Assembly: GCF_018350175.1 (NCBI RefSeq)
Contig: NC_058369.1
Location: forward strand, 22,074,001-22,138,000
Direction: 5' to 3'
DNA: 64,000 nucleotides
DNA from: Felis catus
Lineage: Eukaryota
The notes beneath the pieces were generated by a model. That model did not search any database and had not been told where the DNA came from. It saw only the letters and a list, made by a program, of their open reading frames with translations. A program made the position numbers and the translations under genes. Below, piece after piece: positions 39,531-52,067 of the stretch (within the stretch, counting starts at the first letter, position 1; every line of letters starts with the position of its first letter).

Positions 39531-40204
39531 CATCTTAAAGATTGTTATAACCTAGAATATACAATGGATGTTTACTTGTCAATCTTTCAGAGTATGGCAA
39601 AGGCTTTTATTGAGTATTATGCATGTACTGGGAAGAGTGTCCATCTTCTTTCTTGCATAAACTACACCAATAATGTGCCTACAATTTCTAGCCTTATTTA
39701 AAAATAGAGTAAGAACGTAGATCTTTGAGAAGATAGCTAGAGCAATGCTAAAAGCTTATGCTTTCCCTTATCTTGTCTGCCATGTCACTCTTGCCCGATT
39801 CAACAACAGACCATCAGCAGCATCCTTTCCCAGTACTTCTGGAGGACTTAGCCTGGTTTTTCATAGAAGCAGCAACTCTGTTTACACTCCTGTATCATCA
39901 CTCTGAGCTGTATTCACTTAAGTTAGGTAGTCCACCTGATATAAACTTAAGAGCAAACATAACAAATTCTTGGTAAGCATGCAATGCAATGGTTGGGAAC
40001 AAAAACATATACGCTGTCTAGAAATTGACCTAGGAGCCAAGTGAGTTCAGTATGGCATAGGCATTCAGGGTTATTTTACCCAAAAGGGTCAAAGAATGTC
40101 TGTTCACCAGTTGCACTGGTTAAAAGGAAATCAATCCAGAGAGCTTTTATTGTAGGAGAAAAGAGGTCACCACCTGCACTGCTAGCCTCCATTTCCAGTC
40201 TCCT

Positions 40205-40395
40205 AATAACAACCATTTCTTGTGTGCCTACTGTGTGCTGGACACTGCACAGGATCTTGGTTAATCCTTTGACAATGCATTCGCTGGCCAGGAAACCAAG
40301 GCTCAGGGGGGTGAAGTGCTCGCACCAGGTTAGATAGCTGAACCAAATGGGAACTTTCAACCCCAGCGGTCTGACTCCAAATTCACTGTGCCGCC
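40205..40395 (-). mobile_element. MIR SINE
   Basis: gtgcctactgtgtgctggacactg...ttaatcct...aggaaaccaaggctcagggggg...gtctgactccaaa. Confidence 0.8.
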
Positions 40396-40577
40396 CTGCT
40401 GAGGACTGGGACCCAGGAGTCATCCACGTAGATTTTGCTTTCCTTGTCCTGGCTTATGGATGTCTGGTTGTAAAAGTCAGTAGCAGACTTATGGAGTGCA
40501 GGTGATAGAGCCACTCAGCTTTCAGACCCCATCTATTTACCTTTTCTTGGCCATCATGGGGGCTCATCTTATCTTGT

Positions 40578-40623
40578 ATCTCTCTCTCTCTCCCTCCCTC
40601 CCTTCCTCCCTCCCTCCCTCCTT

Positions 40624-40663
<40 letters not shown>
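40578..40663. repeat. Compound (TC)n/(TCCC)n polypyrimidine microsatellite
   Basis: Read directly from the sequence. Confidence 0.95.
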
Positions 40664-40665
<2 letters not shown>

Positions 40666-42307
40666 ACTCTTCTCTGTCTGGGCTATTTAAAAAAAAAGGC
40701 AAGACTGGATGTTACAGTTGAACTCTTTGTTCTGGATTTGGATTTTTTTTTTAAAGTTTGGCATTTGAGCAGAATCACAAGCTGTAGAAAGTAGCAATTT
40801 CCAGACATTTGAGATCTGATTCACCAGCATTACTGTAATTAAAGGAAAACCTGTATTTGTTTGCTCCATTTTACCCGAACTCTCTAGGATGTTTTATAAA
40901 TAATGGACCTAGATATTTAGAAAATAGCATCCATTTAGCTGTTTAAGCTCTTGTGGTTCTCTATGTTCAGATGTCTCAAAGTGATCCTAGTGATTTGAAT
41001 TTGCCCGGACGCGAACTTCATCCAGCAGTGACTCTGGGTGGTGAACTGTACCGACCTGTCGAGGCAGCTCTAAAATAGAGTACAGAAATTAAGCAGTGCG
41101 GTAGTTCTCTTAGGAGACATGTTTATGAGGTACAGGGCTCGGTGTAATGATTTCAGCTGGTCACAGAGTGTTAACGAATTTTGAATTGAGGCAGTTATGA
41201 TTAAGCCTGTTGCCTTTTCTAACACTAATCATTATTAAAATGATGATTGATCTTAGTGATTATGAAACCATTAAAAAGGCCTCTGCCTATGCCCGAATTA
41301 ACAGGATAGATACAGTTTTCAGCTTTCAGAAAGCCAAACCGAACTTCAGTGGCTGTGATTTCAAGGTGCTTTGTTTATTTATGATCTTTCCTGTGTTTTC
41401 TGAGACTCCAATACTATGTTTGATCATAGGGCACGATGGCAGTGGTGGTGGCGGTGGGGTTGGTGCACCTGCTTCAGCCTCAGCATGGTGGCAACATAAG
41501 GTGAAGCGATTGCTCAACTTTCCAGAACCCTGCCCTTGATTCCTTGATTGGAAAGAGGTCCTCTGCCCGCCTCATCTCTTTCTATGTGACAGAAATACTT
41601 TGTGAAATTCACAACCACCAGGGTGACAGCAGCTACTTTACTGAGTGCCAACCATGTGCCAGGCACTTCCCACTATCAGTGTTCACCCTGAATTACCTGA
41701 CATTGCTGGTGTCCCCACTAAGAGGGTGAGGATTCTGCTGCTTGAGAATCTCGGTGCTTTCCCTGGGGCTAAGAACCGGGATTTGAGCGTGCTCTTCATT
41801 ACCCACAGCCTTGTGCTTCCTTATAAGAGTCTTCTTTGGCGAGGTCACTTCGCCATGTGACTCATCTCATCCAGTGAATGAAGACACAAAAACACGCTCT
41901 GCCCAGCTGCAGAGGGGCTTTGATCTGAGCTGGTCCCCTTTTCCGTACAGCAGCTGGATAAGAGGAGCCTCTTCTCTCTGGTGTTTCCTCATAAGTCAAG
42001 TGTCCCTTGCCTTAACAGCTTTGTTCCAAAGCAGCCCCATGACTGCCTGAGGACACGGGTGACACCCAGCTTCTGTTGACCCTCCTTGACCTACAGACTC
42101 CACTCTAGGGCGGGGACCTATGGCCTGGGTCTTCAGATGCCCCCTGCTTCCTGTCCTGCTTCTTTCTGACCTGTTCCCCTAGGCTTAGGGCCCAGGGGGC
42201 TGTCATCCTCCTCCTGTCCCACTCAGGTCTCTTTTATGAGCCATTCCCCAGGTGGGTCTTTATCCCTATTGGTGTCCACTGGTGGGTCCAGATTATTGGC
42301 CTCTAGA

Positions 42308-42555
42308 GCTGGTATTTTTCAGCTTTTTTTTTTTAACCTTGGCCAACAGCAATAGATACATTTTACATTGTAGCTCCCAAACACATATGTGTCTGTCATC
42401 TGAAACATCACGTTTGATGAAAACATACTTACTCTTAGTAGATTCTGCTATTTTCTATGCATTCTGGTTTTTTCATTCTATTTTCATTTTTCAAAAATTG
42501 CTGGTTGTAAATCCCAAAATTAATTTCCTATACATTTCATTTAAAAAGTCTTCTC
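42308..42555. mobile_element. Probable old hAT-Charlie MITE
   Basis: Preceded by ctctagag (hAT target-like); internal atacattttacattg...atacttactcttag...aaaattgctggttg. Confidence 0.5.
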
Positions 42556-42826
42556 TCTATTACAGTACAAATCCCACGAAGACAGGCAAATGTTATTTTA
42601 CTTCCCATAATTGGTGCTCAATTTGTATTGTCAGTGGATTCTTCTCTCTGTGCAAATCCTCTGGTGAAATATTTTTCTGTGCTGAGAAACAATTCATTCA
42701 AAGGAGAAGGTGACTTGTGTCACTGGTCTGATTTCCTCCTTTCGCATTAACATTTAGAAATCTCAGAGACATACTAATAAAGCTGTCTTCACAGTGTACA
42801 TCTGTGTAATGGTCTTACTCCTGCTT

Positions 42827-43042
42827 TTTTTTTTTTAAACGTTTATTTATTTTTTTGAGACAGAGAGAGACAGAGCATGAACAGGGGAGGGGCAGAGAGA
42901 GAGAGAGACACAGAATCCGAAACAGGCTCCAGGCTCTGAGCTGTCAGCACAGAGCCCGACTCGGGGCTCGAACTCACGGACCGTGAGATCATGACCTGAG
43001 CCGAAGTCGGACGCTTAACCGACCAAGCCACCCAGGCGCCCC
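42827..43042 (-). mobile_element. Fairly young CanSINE (SINEC_Fc2-like)
   Basis: Full element, CpG-rich; TSD actcctgctt (42817-26 and 43043-52). Confidence 0.96.
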
Positions 43043-43143
43043 ACTCCTGCTTCTTTTCGTTTTCTTTGTTAATTTTTCTTTCTCAGCTTACTCTTTTATC
43101 TTAAATATTTAGAATTTCAGCTGATTTTAAAGTAAAAGATCTT

Positions 43144-43375
43144 GGCATGCCTGGGTGACTCAGTCAGTTAAGCATCCAACTTCGGCTCAGGTCATGATCT
43201 CATGGTTTGTGGGTTCAAGCCCCGTGTTGGGCTCTGTGCTGACAGCTCAGAGCCTGGAGCCTGCTTCAGATCCTCTGTCTCCCTCTCTGTCTGCCCCTCT
43301 CCTACTTGTGCTCTCTCTCTCTCTGTCTCTCTTTCTCTCTTAAAAATAAATAAACATTAAAAAATTAAAAAAAAT
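43144..43375 (+). mobile_element. CanSINE (SINEC_Fc2-like)
   Basis: Full element; TSD aaagtaaaagatctt vs aaagtagaaagatctt. Confidence 0.95.
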
Positions 43376-46300
43376 AAAGTAGAAAGATCTTCAGCGAGAA
43401 AGACTGACGAATCAGGGATATCTCATAGTAGAGAGGAAGTCCCCCGTGATCTCACTCTCAGAGCCTCTTCACTCTTGGCTGTCTACACTGTAGACCAGCT
43501 TATTAAGAGATTTTTTTTCAGACATCAAGGGGATCCTATTCATGTTATTCCTGTGCTAATGTATTGTGGATATCCTCCCTTGCCTTGCCATATAGATTTG
43601 CTGCTTTTCAAAAAAAGAAAAAATAGCCACATAGCATTCCTTTCTTACCTGCTTCAAATTTTCATATTCTTGCTGCTTAGAGTACTTTTTTTTGGAGTTT
43701 GGCAGGTATTAAACAAAAATTTACTTTTAAAAGAACAGCGGAGTTGTGAGCTAGGTCTGGAGAACTAGCTCTCACCACCTGACCCAATAGACTCCTCTAG
43801 TATCTGCTTCTGGAGCTACCCATCTTCCTGGGGATGGACTTGCTTGTAGAAAGCCCAACTGGGTCGTGAGCTTGGTGGGGTGGTGCAGAGCCTTTCCTCC
43901 AGCCTCTGGGAGGTGTGAGGTGATGAGGGAGACATTTGACTGGCGGGACCAGATCAATGCCAGTGACACTTCCAGCGTGGAGTGGGTCTGCAGAAAATCC
44001 GTTCTGCTTAGTCATTGACTGTGTATTGATTTCCACTTCAAGGCCACGGTTGGGTGGTGCCTGGTTTTTAAGCCACCCATGTCTTTTAAATTAACTTAAT
44101 TTTACTCTCTAATTCTAAAATAATGGTGAATTATAGGCATGGGGTTATTAATCTTCTGGGTGAATGGGTTACATACTTTATCTCAATTATAGACTCCATG
44201 CTTTATGTATTTTTAAACTTTGATTCATAAATTTATTCTGAAAGAAATGATCTATGTTCTCTGCACATTCACTGGGAAACAGCTGACTGTGAATTAGGGT
44301 TGTTCATCGCCAAATGTGGTTTTTATGGCGGAAGGTAACAGCTGAAGAGCTGAGTGCTGCCTGTTCCCCACTGCCCCACAGACATCTGCTGTTTTGCCTT
44401 CACAGTGAAGGGAGGGGGGTAACATGGGTGTAGGAAGGTGTAGGAACAGGTGTAGATGAGGCAGCTTTCTCCCTCAAGGTGGAGCCCGTGCTAACCAGAG
44501 CAGGCCCACCTGGAAGAGATGTCTACACTGTGCATGTGTGGACCTGCAAGGTTCGCTGGGAGTTAGACCACTGTCCCAGGGCTAACTTAGTAAGTAGTTA
44601 GCACTTGCTCTATGCCAAGCCCTGTGCCTTTCCTGGGTGGCGGCCAGGGCTGTGCAGGGGCACATTACATAGACACAACAATGAAAGGAGCCAACGTCCA
44701 TGGAGTGTGCTACATGCAGACCCTGGTTCTTGTGTTTTACACGTGTTGCCTCATGTACACTCAATGAGCATCCTGGGCAGTGTCTGCCCTCACTCCATTT
44801 TATGATGAAGAAGCTGTGTCGAGGAGGAAGGTAAAGTCACATTATAATGTGTAAGTGGCAGAGCCAGAACTTGCACCGGGGCTTTTTGCCTCCCCTGTAG
44901 GAGATGAAAGTACTTCCGGGTGACTGTACACTTCTTATGTGGGAGCAGCCTCACCCCAGGTACCAACACCAACCAATTAGCAGCCGGGACCTCCAAGGCA
45001 CATTCTTATGGTGTCTTGGTTGCCTGGGTGCCCCTAAGATGAGAACGTCCTCTTGTGACTTAGGCAGAACAGCACAGAAGAGCAGGGAAGATTGGGCAGG
45101 TGCAGGATGGCGTGAAGGTGGGCGTGGTCAGAACTCCTCACACCAGAGGGCACAATTGCTGCTGCTGTGGCCCATGGCCAGAAGTAACTCGGTGTCTGTG
45201 ACCCTTGCGTGTGGATGGGAGTGGTGATCGCTTCTTTGCCTGTCTTACCCCATAGCTTGGAGGGTCAGCTGAGGTAAGACACTGGAAGGTGTTTCCTCAG
45301 TTCCAGGCGTGGCATCACATGTGCATGTTGACAGGGACGCGAGCGAGCATCAGGGGAACAAGACAAGATTCTGTCTGTAACTCAGATGTCAGGGAATTTA
45401 ACCACATGCAGAATTGAAAAGCTTGTCCTTAGCCGTGTTAATGGAGAAAAGAAATGACTGTCTTCTTGTCAAATGAAAATGTTTGGTTTTAAGCTTACTC
45501 AGTTCCTGCCATTTTGAAATGTTTGCTCATTTCTTTGTTCATAGCCAAGGAGATGGACGTGTTGGAGCACTGGCTCATGCCATGCAAACTAACCAATGCT
45601 AAGAATGTGGCTTTTCTAGAATGATGGGAGTTTGGCAGCTATGACATGACCCAGGCCCCTTACATCCCAGGGAGGCAGCGGGTTGTTTTGATGAGCCCTA
45701 CACAGGACACATACTCTTCCTGCCATCCTCCTTGACCCAAGCTGTCAGAATGGGATATAAAGGCCAACACAGGTTGGAAAGAAAGCAAAACTATATCTCC
45801 AAGTAGGAGAAGGTGAAAGGGATTCTAGCCTGGGTGGTACAGCTGCTGTCACTGCACCCTGATGGTGAGACAGGGTGTTGGCCCAGGGACTCAGCAATGC
45901 AGCCTTGGGATTATGATGACTCTTCTCTTTCTTCTTTGTGGTGGATGCCATCACACTGTCTTTTGAGGCTCAGTCTTCTTCTTGGGATGGTGGGAGAACC
46001 TGCAGAGGTAAATACAGTGGTTCTTGCCCATAGGTACTGAAAATCTACAAATAGTACAAGATAACACATCAATGAGTTCTCCTTCCCAACCAGACCGGGA
46101 CCTGGAAACAGGGCAGTGCCCTGCCCTTCTCTGTTCTATTTCGTGGCCTCAAGAGTATATGAAGCTTCCTAGCCTTCCCTGACATGGTGAGCAGGATTGA
46201 GGTAAACAGAAGTGCTTTGGGTCACAGAGAAGAGCAGTCACAAAGACCAGAGGTTCTAGTGAGTATGAAGTATGTGCAGGATGTTATGGGAACTGATGGA

Positions 46301-46461
46301 TTGGAGCAGAGGAGGAGGAAGGGGATGGGGTAGAGTGGGGGCCCTGTACCCTGTGGGGTAACAGATACCAGATGGTTGTTGGTAGGTAGACCACAGACAG
46401 ATTGTAGAGGTCCTTGAGGATGCCATATGGAGGAATTTAGGTGTGACACAGTCCTATACTT

Positions 46462-46674
46462 AAAAAAATTTTTTTAATGTTTATTTTTGAGAGAGAGAAT
46501 GATGGAGCACAAGCAGGGGAAGGGCAGAGAGAGAGGGAGACAGAGGATCTGAAGCAGACTCCAGACTCTGAGCTATCAGCAGAGAGCCAGATGTAGGGCT
46601 TGAACTCATGAACTGTGAGATCATGACCTGAGCCAAAGTTAGCCACTTAACTGATGGAGCCAGTCAGGCACTCC
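46462..46674 (-). mobile_element. CanSINE (diverged)
   Basis: TSD tgtgacacagtcctatactt (46442-61) vs tgtgacatagtcctatactt (46679-98). Confidence 0.95.
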
Positions 46675-46700
46675 TGGATGTGACATAGTCCTATACTTTT

Positions 46701-46917
46701 ATTTATTTTTTTTTCAACGTTTATTTATTTTTGGGACAGAGAGAGACAGAGCATGAACGGGGGAGGGGCAGAGAGAGAGGGAGACACAGAATCTGAAACA
46801 GGCTCCAGGCTCCGAGCCATCAGCCCAGAACCCGACGCGGGGCTCGAACTCATGGACCGTGAGATCGTGACCTGGCTGAAGTCGGACACTTAACCGACTG
46901 CGCCACCTAGGCGCCCC
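46701..46917 (-). mobile_element. Young felid CanSINE (SINEC_Fc type)
   Basis: Diagnostic gagccatcagccc and gtgacctggctgaagtcgg; perfect TSD agtcctatactttt (46687-700 and 46918-31). Confidence 0.97.
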
Positions 46918-47048
46918 AGTCCTATACTTTTAAAGAAGCTTTCCCAAATGCTCTAGACACAATTAGTGGCTCCATGCCCTCTGTTTCTACACAGGAGATC
47001 CTAGTACTCTACTTTGGCTTTGACTGTCATGTGCTATGTCTTGAAATT

Positions 47049-47261
47049 AAAAAAAAATTTTTTTAATGTTTGTTTATTTTTGAGAGAGAGAGAGAGCAAG
47101 GGAGGGAGGGACAGAGAGAGAGGGAGACACAGAATCTGAAGCAGGCTCCAGGCTCTGAGCTGTCAGCACAGAGCCCAATGCGGGGCTTGAACTCACGAGC
47201 CATGAGATCATGACCTGAGCTGAAGTCAGATGCTTAACTGACTGAGCCACCCAGGTGCCCC
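47049..47261 (-). mobile_element. CanSINE (SINEC_Fc2-like)
   Basis: TSD tgtcttgaaatt (47037-48 and 47262-73). Confidence 0.96.
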
Positions 47262-47847
47262 TGTCTTGAAATTTTTATACATGCCTATGATGTCCTTCTT
47301 TAGGACACAAACATCTTAGCCATCTTTGACTCTGCAGTGCTCAGGAATGTGCCTGGTATAGAGTAGATACCCTATGAATGTTGAATTGAATTGAAATAGG
47401 GTGCTAGAACTGCCAAGCATGGTAGGGTGGAGGTGGGCAGAACCTTGGCGTTGGAACTGGGTGAGGAAGTGCATGCCTGCCAACTACAGAATGTACCCAC
47501 TACCAAGGGGACTCACAGTTCAGGTCCCAGCATGGGCGGGATGGGAAGCAAGGCAAGTGTGAGGCATCAAGTTTATAGGAAGGAATGTGCAGGAAACCAG
47601 TTGGAATTGAAGACAGCAACAGAGAATGGATGGGTTTAAAGGAATAAATTTGGAAGACCCAACCTAGATGAAGTTCCAGAGGCAACGGCTTGCAGGGCTT
47701 ATGGGTCCTATATATAGAAAATCATCCCTAAGCCTGTGGGTCAAAGGGACTCCTCAAAGGAGTTAAATCTCTTGAGAAATGAGTGCCTGAAGTTTCTCTT
47801 AGATGCTTTAACTTTTAGGGAAGCAAAGTGACCCTGTAGGATCACTA

Positions 47848-48250
47848 TGTAGTTAGCTAGGGTATTTTTGTTTGTAATTGACCAAAAACCCAACCCAAAC
47901 TTGCTCAGTGAATTGGCTTTTATAACTGTGAAAAGCCCAAGGCCGGAGAGGAGAATTTTGGCTTCAGGTTCAACTTGATTCAGGGACTCTCACAAAGGCA
48001 TCAGAGCCAGATGCTTGGCCTCTGAGATTCTCTTTCTGTTTGACTCTCTCCCCATTTTTTTGGCTTGGCTTTTCTTGTTGCTTGTGGTTCATTCTGTGTC
48101 CTGGTGACTCCAGGCCTCCCGCCTCTCAGAGCCAAGTCTGTGCCAATGACAGAACGTTTTGCCTGGCTGCTGAAGTGAAAATCCCAGGTGTTGCTCTCAT
48201 TGGACCTGGTTGGTATGTGCGGTCACATGCCTGTCCCTGAATCAGTAGCC
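47848..48250. mobile_element. Probable ancient LTR (LTR33/MLT1-like)
   Basis: aaacccaacccaaacttgctc...ggcttcaggttcaacttgattcaggg...ctctcattggacctggttgg...ggtcacatgcctgtccctgaatca. Confidence 0.5.
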
Positions 48251-49858
48251 TGGGCCACATGCCAACTCCTGTAGCTCCTGCACTGAGAGTAGAAAAGGAG
48301 CACTTCTCAGAGGAAGGACAGGGTGCTGTTATTACCCCAGCAGTTTCCTGGGTGGTAGGAGCCATGTGTAGCTAGGTGTGGCCTCAAAGCAGCAACTGGC
48401 ACTGCTCTGCCAGTGAGTGAGGAAGCCGCTTCCAGAGAGAATGCCCGGTCAGCCTCCTCCACCCCAGGTGTGATGCTGCTCTCCTCCTACAAACAAGATT
48501 TTTTGACGCTGGTCTCTATGGCGGGGTCAGCTAGGCCATCCAGCTGGCTTCCTCCATTTGTTCTCACCGGGCAAGGGTCCTCCCTGTCTGGCTGCGCATG
48601 GGTTCACTGGATCTTCAGAGAGTTTCTAGAGCCTTCTGTGAGGATGGCACCTCCCAGCCACTGAGAGAGCTGCCTCGTGTCTGTCTTCATTTCGGAGGGC
48701 CTTTGATGGTGGGGTGCGGGGCAATTTGCGAAACTTTTCCCCACCTTCCACTTAATCTGATTGTCACCATAGCCTGGGTGGGTGGAGTGAGGACAGTTGC
48801 TCCTGTCTACAGATGAGGAAGCAGAGAAGCCCAGGGGCAGATGACTCAACCAGGGTGACTCAGCTGTAGAGACTGGCATTGGACTCAGGGGACACAAACG
48901 TCATCTAAAATTTGTACTTTTAAACCAAAGGTGAAGAAAAATGAAGGCAACCGGTCTATTGCAGCCAGTTTCTTCTTGTAAACAGGGCATTAAACTACCT
49001 CCGTTGGAGGCCAGAGGTACATACTTCATTAATACCTGCAGAGGAGAACATTACCTCCTAAGTGGCCCCGAGCCGAGGCCTGCCTGCTGACCGCTGTCCC
49101 GCGGCTCACCCACTGCCCTTTTACTAGAGGTGGAATTGCTTACGGAAACTGTAACCACCTTCCCACAGGCTCCCCACTGTCCCATCCTGCCATGTTCATG
49201 GCAGCTTGCGGGAGCGTCCCTTGGCAAGCCTGGCCTGGATGTGCTGCAGTGACCTCAGTGACCCAGCCCCTGGACAGCACAGCTGCTGCCTTTGGTTGGC
49301 CAATTTCCCCGGGGATATCTGGGCCTTGCAGAACCTTGCTGTGAAGCCAAGGTCCAGATTTTGCTCCTTAGGTGGTAGAGAACTGTAGTTTTAGAGCTGG
49401 AAGAGACCGTCTGGTTCAGTCTGCTGGTTCTCCAGGTGAGAGAGAGCCCTGTAGCCTGGCCCATGAGGCCTCGTGTCCCCACCCTCGCCTGTCCCTCACC
49501 CCTGTGCTCTCGTCACCCTTGAATGATTAGCCTTTGCATGTGCTCCTTACTCTGACTGGAAGAGCCCGGCCTGGCCTATTAGAGCAGGAAAAACTGCGGT
49601 TATGGAGAAGAGCTTTTCCCTAACTTTTAGTTATGGACGTTTCTCCTGGAATAGGGCAAAGCCAAGGGGGCCCTGAGATTATTGCTATGGACTGGATGCT
49701 GCTGCCCCCTTCCCTCTGCCCCTCCTCCAAATTCATATGTTGAAATTCTAACTCCCAATGTGATGGTATTAGGAGGTGGGGCCTTTGGGGGGGGTGGTTA
49801 GGTCGTGAGGGCAGAGCCCCCATGAATGGGATTAGTGCCCTTATAAGAAGAGGTAGAA

Positions 49859-50066
49859 GGGCACCTGAGTGGTTCAGTTGGTTAAGCATCCAACTTCGGC
49901 TCAGGTCATGATTTCACCATTCATGAGTTCTAGCCCTGCACTGGGCTCTGTGCTGATAGCTCAGAGCCTGGAGCCTGCTTCAGATTCTGTGTCTCCCTCT
50001 CTCTCTGCCCTCCCCTGTTCACACTCTGTCTCTCTCCTAAAAATAAATAAACATTTTAAAAAAATA
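49859..50066 (+). mobile_element. CanSINE inside the MLT1 LTR
   Basis: TSD aagaagaggtaga (49845-57) vs aagaaggggtaga (50067-79). Confidence 0.94.
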
Positions 50067-50245
50067 AAGAAGGGGTAGAGAGAGATCTCTTTCCACATAC
50101 ACACACAGAGGAAAGGCCAGATGAGGACATAACAGAAAGTCAGCCTTCTGCAAGGTAGGGAGAGAGCTCTCATCAGGCACCAGATTAGCTGGCGCCTTGG
50201 TCCCTGACTTCCAGTCTCCAGAACTATGAGGGATCTCTGCTGCTT

Positions 50246-50442
50246 TTTTAATGTTTGTTTATTTTTGAGAGAGACCAAGACAGTGCACGAGTCAGGAAAG
50301 AACAGAGAGAGAGGGAGATACAGAATCCAAAGCAGGCTCCAGGCTCTGAGTTGTTGATAAACCCGGAGCCCAATGAGGGTCTCGAGCTGCGAGATCATGA
50401 CCTGAGCTGAAGTTGGTCACTTATCTGACTGAGGGACACCCC
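50246..50442 (-). mobile_element. CanSINE inside the MLT1 LTR
   Basis: TSD atgagggatctctgctgctt (50226-45) vs atgagggacctctgctgctt (50443-62). Confidence 0.93.
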
Positions 50443-50574
50443 ATGAGGGACCTCTGCTGCTTAAAGCCCCCTGGTATATGATATGTTGTTATGGTAGCCT
50501 GAGCAGACTAAAACAATTATGGAACTTCTTAGGGAGGGATGGTGAATAATGTTGGGTCAAAACCTCTCATTTTG

Positions 50575-50910
50575 CTCATTTATTCATTTATAAATATTGA
50601 GTATTTTTATGGCAAGCCTTGGGAATACAATGATGCATGAAATAGAAATAGTCTCTGATCTTATAGAAATTCATTTATTGGAGGGACAAACATTAAAGAT
50701 ATAACATTAAAATTTTGGTTGTGAATAGGGCCATGAAGATGTATAATGGGCCATGACGACATCTAACAGTGGGCCCCCAGTTTGGGGAGGTCAGCAAAGG
50801 TTTCTCTGAGAGAGTGTTATTTCAGCCGAGGCTTGGAGTACAAGTAGAGCTTAGCCTGATGAAAAAGTGAGATGGGGGAACCATTCTAGAAAGAGGGAAC
50901 AGGGCGTGGG
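50575..50910 (-). mobile_element. L2 3' fragment
   Basis: ctcatttattcatttataaatattgagta...tagtctctgatcttatagaa...ggaggtcagcaaaggtttctctgagagagtg. Confidence 0.65.
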
Positions 50911-51728
50911 CCTGAAGTGGTGGCTGAGCCAGGGCTGGCAGAAAACAGATGCTGTGGCTGCGAGCCCTGTGTTTTTTCCGCTGCCCCAGGCTGGGCTTGT
51001 TCTAGTCCTGTATTGGTTGTGTACTCACTCTGGAGAGGGGACTTTCCACACGTGAGGGTGCGCATCCCAGAAGGGGAAGCAGGGTGGCTCCTCGCATGGA
51101 GGGCTGGGTTCTCGTGGAAGAGAAGAAAGCTGGAAGAGGAAGCTAGGGAAGGAAGGTTGAGGAATTTACCTGGGGGTGCAGGTCAGGATTGAAAGGGAGG
51201 GCAAGATGAGACATCAGGATCAGTTGTTGACTCAGCAGTGTGACCATTTCTTCCAAGCTTGTTCTAGAAAGGGTTAATGGCAACTTAGAGACATAGCTTC
51301 ATTGTTTCCCTTTTTGGTACATATGCTAGGATCACAAAACCTCATGTTTTCCTAGCCCCCTTTAAGTCTGGTTTTCTTGCTCTATTCCTTCTCTTCTTTT
51401 TCTTCTCTACTTCCTGTTGAGTACCTTATGTATGATACTCTAGTATGGTGCTGGGTGCTGAGATTACAAAGTCAGTAAGAGATGACCCCTGCCAATAGAG
51501 AGCCTGGGACCCACAGAGTGAGAGGAGTGGTGTGCAAAGGAGCAGCAGCTACTATCAGGGTGTCAGCCAAGAGAGCCTTGCCAAAGATTTGGGACCATGT
51601 GGATGGATGACCCAAGCAAAGAGTTGACCCTTACCTGCCTCATCAAGCCCTTGTTACCTTCGGATAGCAGGTTGGGAACTCTGTGAAGATACACATCAGG
51701 CTTTCTGAGGAGGACCCAGGTGCCCAGG

Positions 51729-51768
51729 GATGGATGGGTGAGTGGATGGATGGATGGGTGGGTGGATG
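51729..51768. repeat. (TGGA)n-like simple repeat
   Basis: gatggatgggtgagtggatggatggatgggtgggtggatg. Confidence 0.8.
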
Positions 51769-52067
51769 TTCATACTACAGTACTAGTGAAAGGGTCCCTG
51801 AGAACAGGAAAGGAGAGACCCAGGTGTAATTAAGGATCCTGGCATCTCCCACCCATTGCTAGTTGACAGTTTCAGTTTCTCAAAGTCCTGTGTATGGTTT
51901 ACTGGTGTAGAGACCCTTCTGCAGGGTGAAGCTTCAGTGTTCAAAGAAGATCTATCAGGTTTCTGAATTAGATTTGGAACCTTTATTTCTGGTGGCTTGT
52001 GGTCTCATGGGTGACTTTCATCCATACATAGGGTGGTGTCTGGTTAAGAGGAATTGGTGGTGCTTAG

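Larger units (their letters stand above)
49683..50515 (+). mobile_element. MaLR solo LTR (MLT1A-like), complete, interrupted by two CanSINEs
   Basis: TG...CA termini (tgctatggactg...gactaaaaca), internal aaattcatatgttgaaattctaactcccaatgtgatggtattaggaggtggggcctttggg, and a perfect 5-bp TSD ATTAT at 49678-82 and 50516-20. Confidence 0.93.

Noticed and set aside
46442..46931. Direct repeats separated by about 220-bp spacers as a CRISPR-like array
   Set aside because: The repeats are target-site duplications and the spacers are homologous SINEs; the DNA is mammalian with no cas genes.
49415..49442. ttctccAG|GTGAGA as a recursive splice site (also weaker cctaAG|GTATTG near 54900)
   Set aside because: The pyrimidine tract or donor is weak, the first lies in MIR-like sequence, and such motifs are expected by chance in 56 kb.
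13422..50398. Recurring peptide motif 'PTSAQVMIS...GSVLTAQSLEPASDSVSPSL' in many ORFs as a protein family
   Set aside because: These are translations of CanSINE copies.
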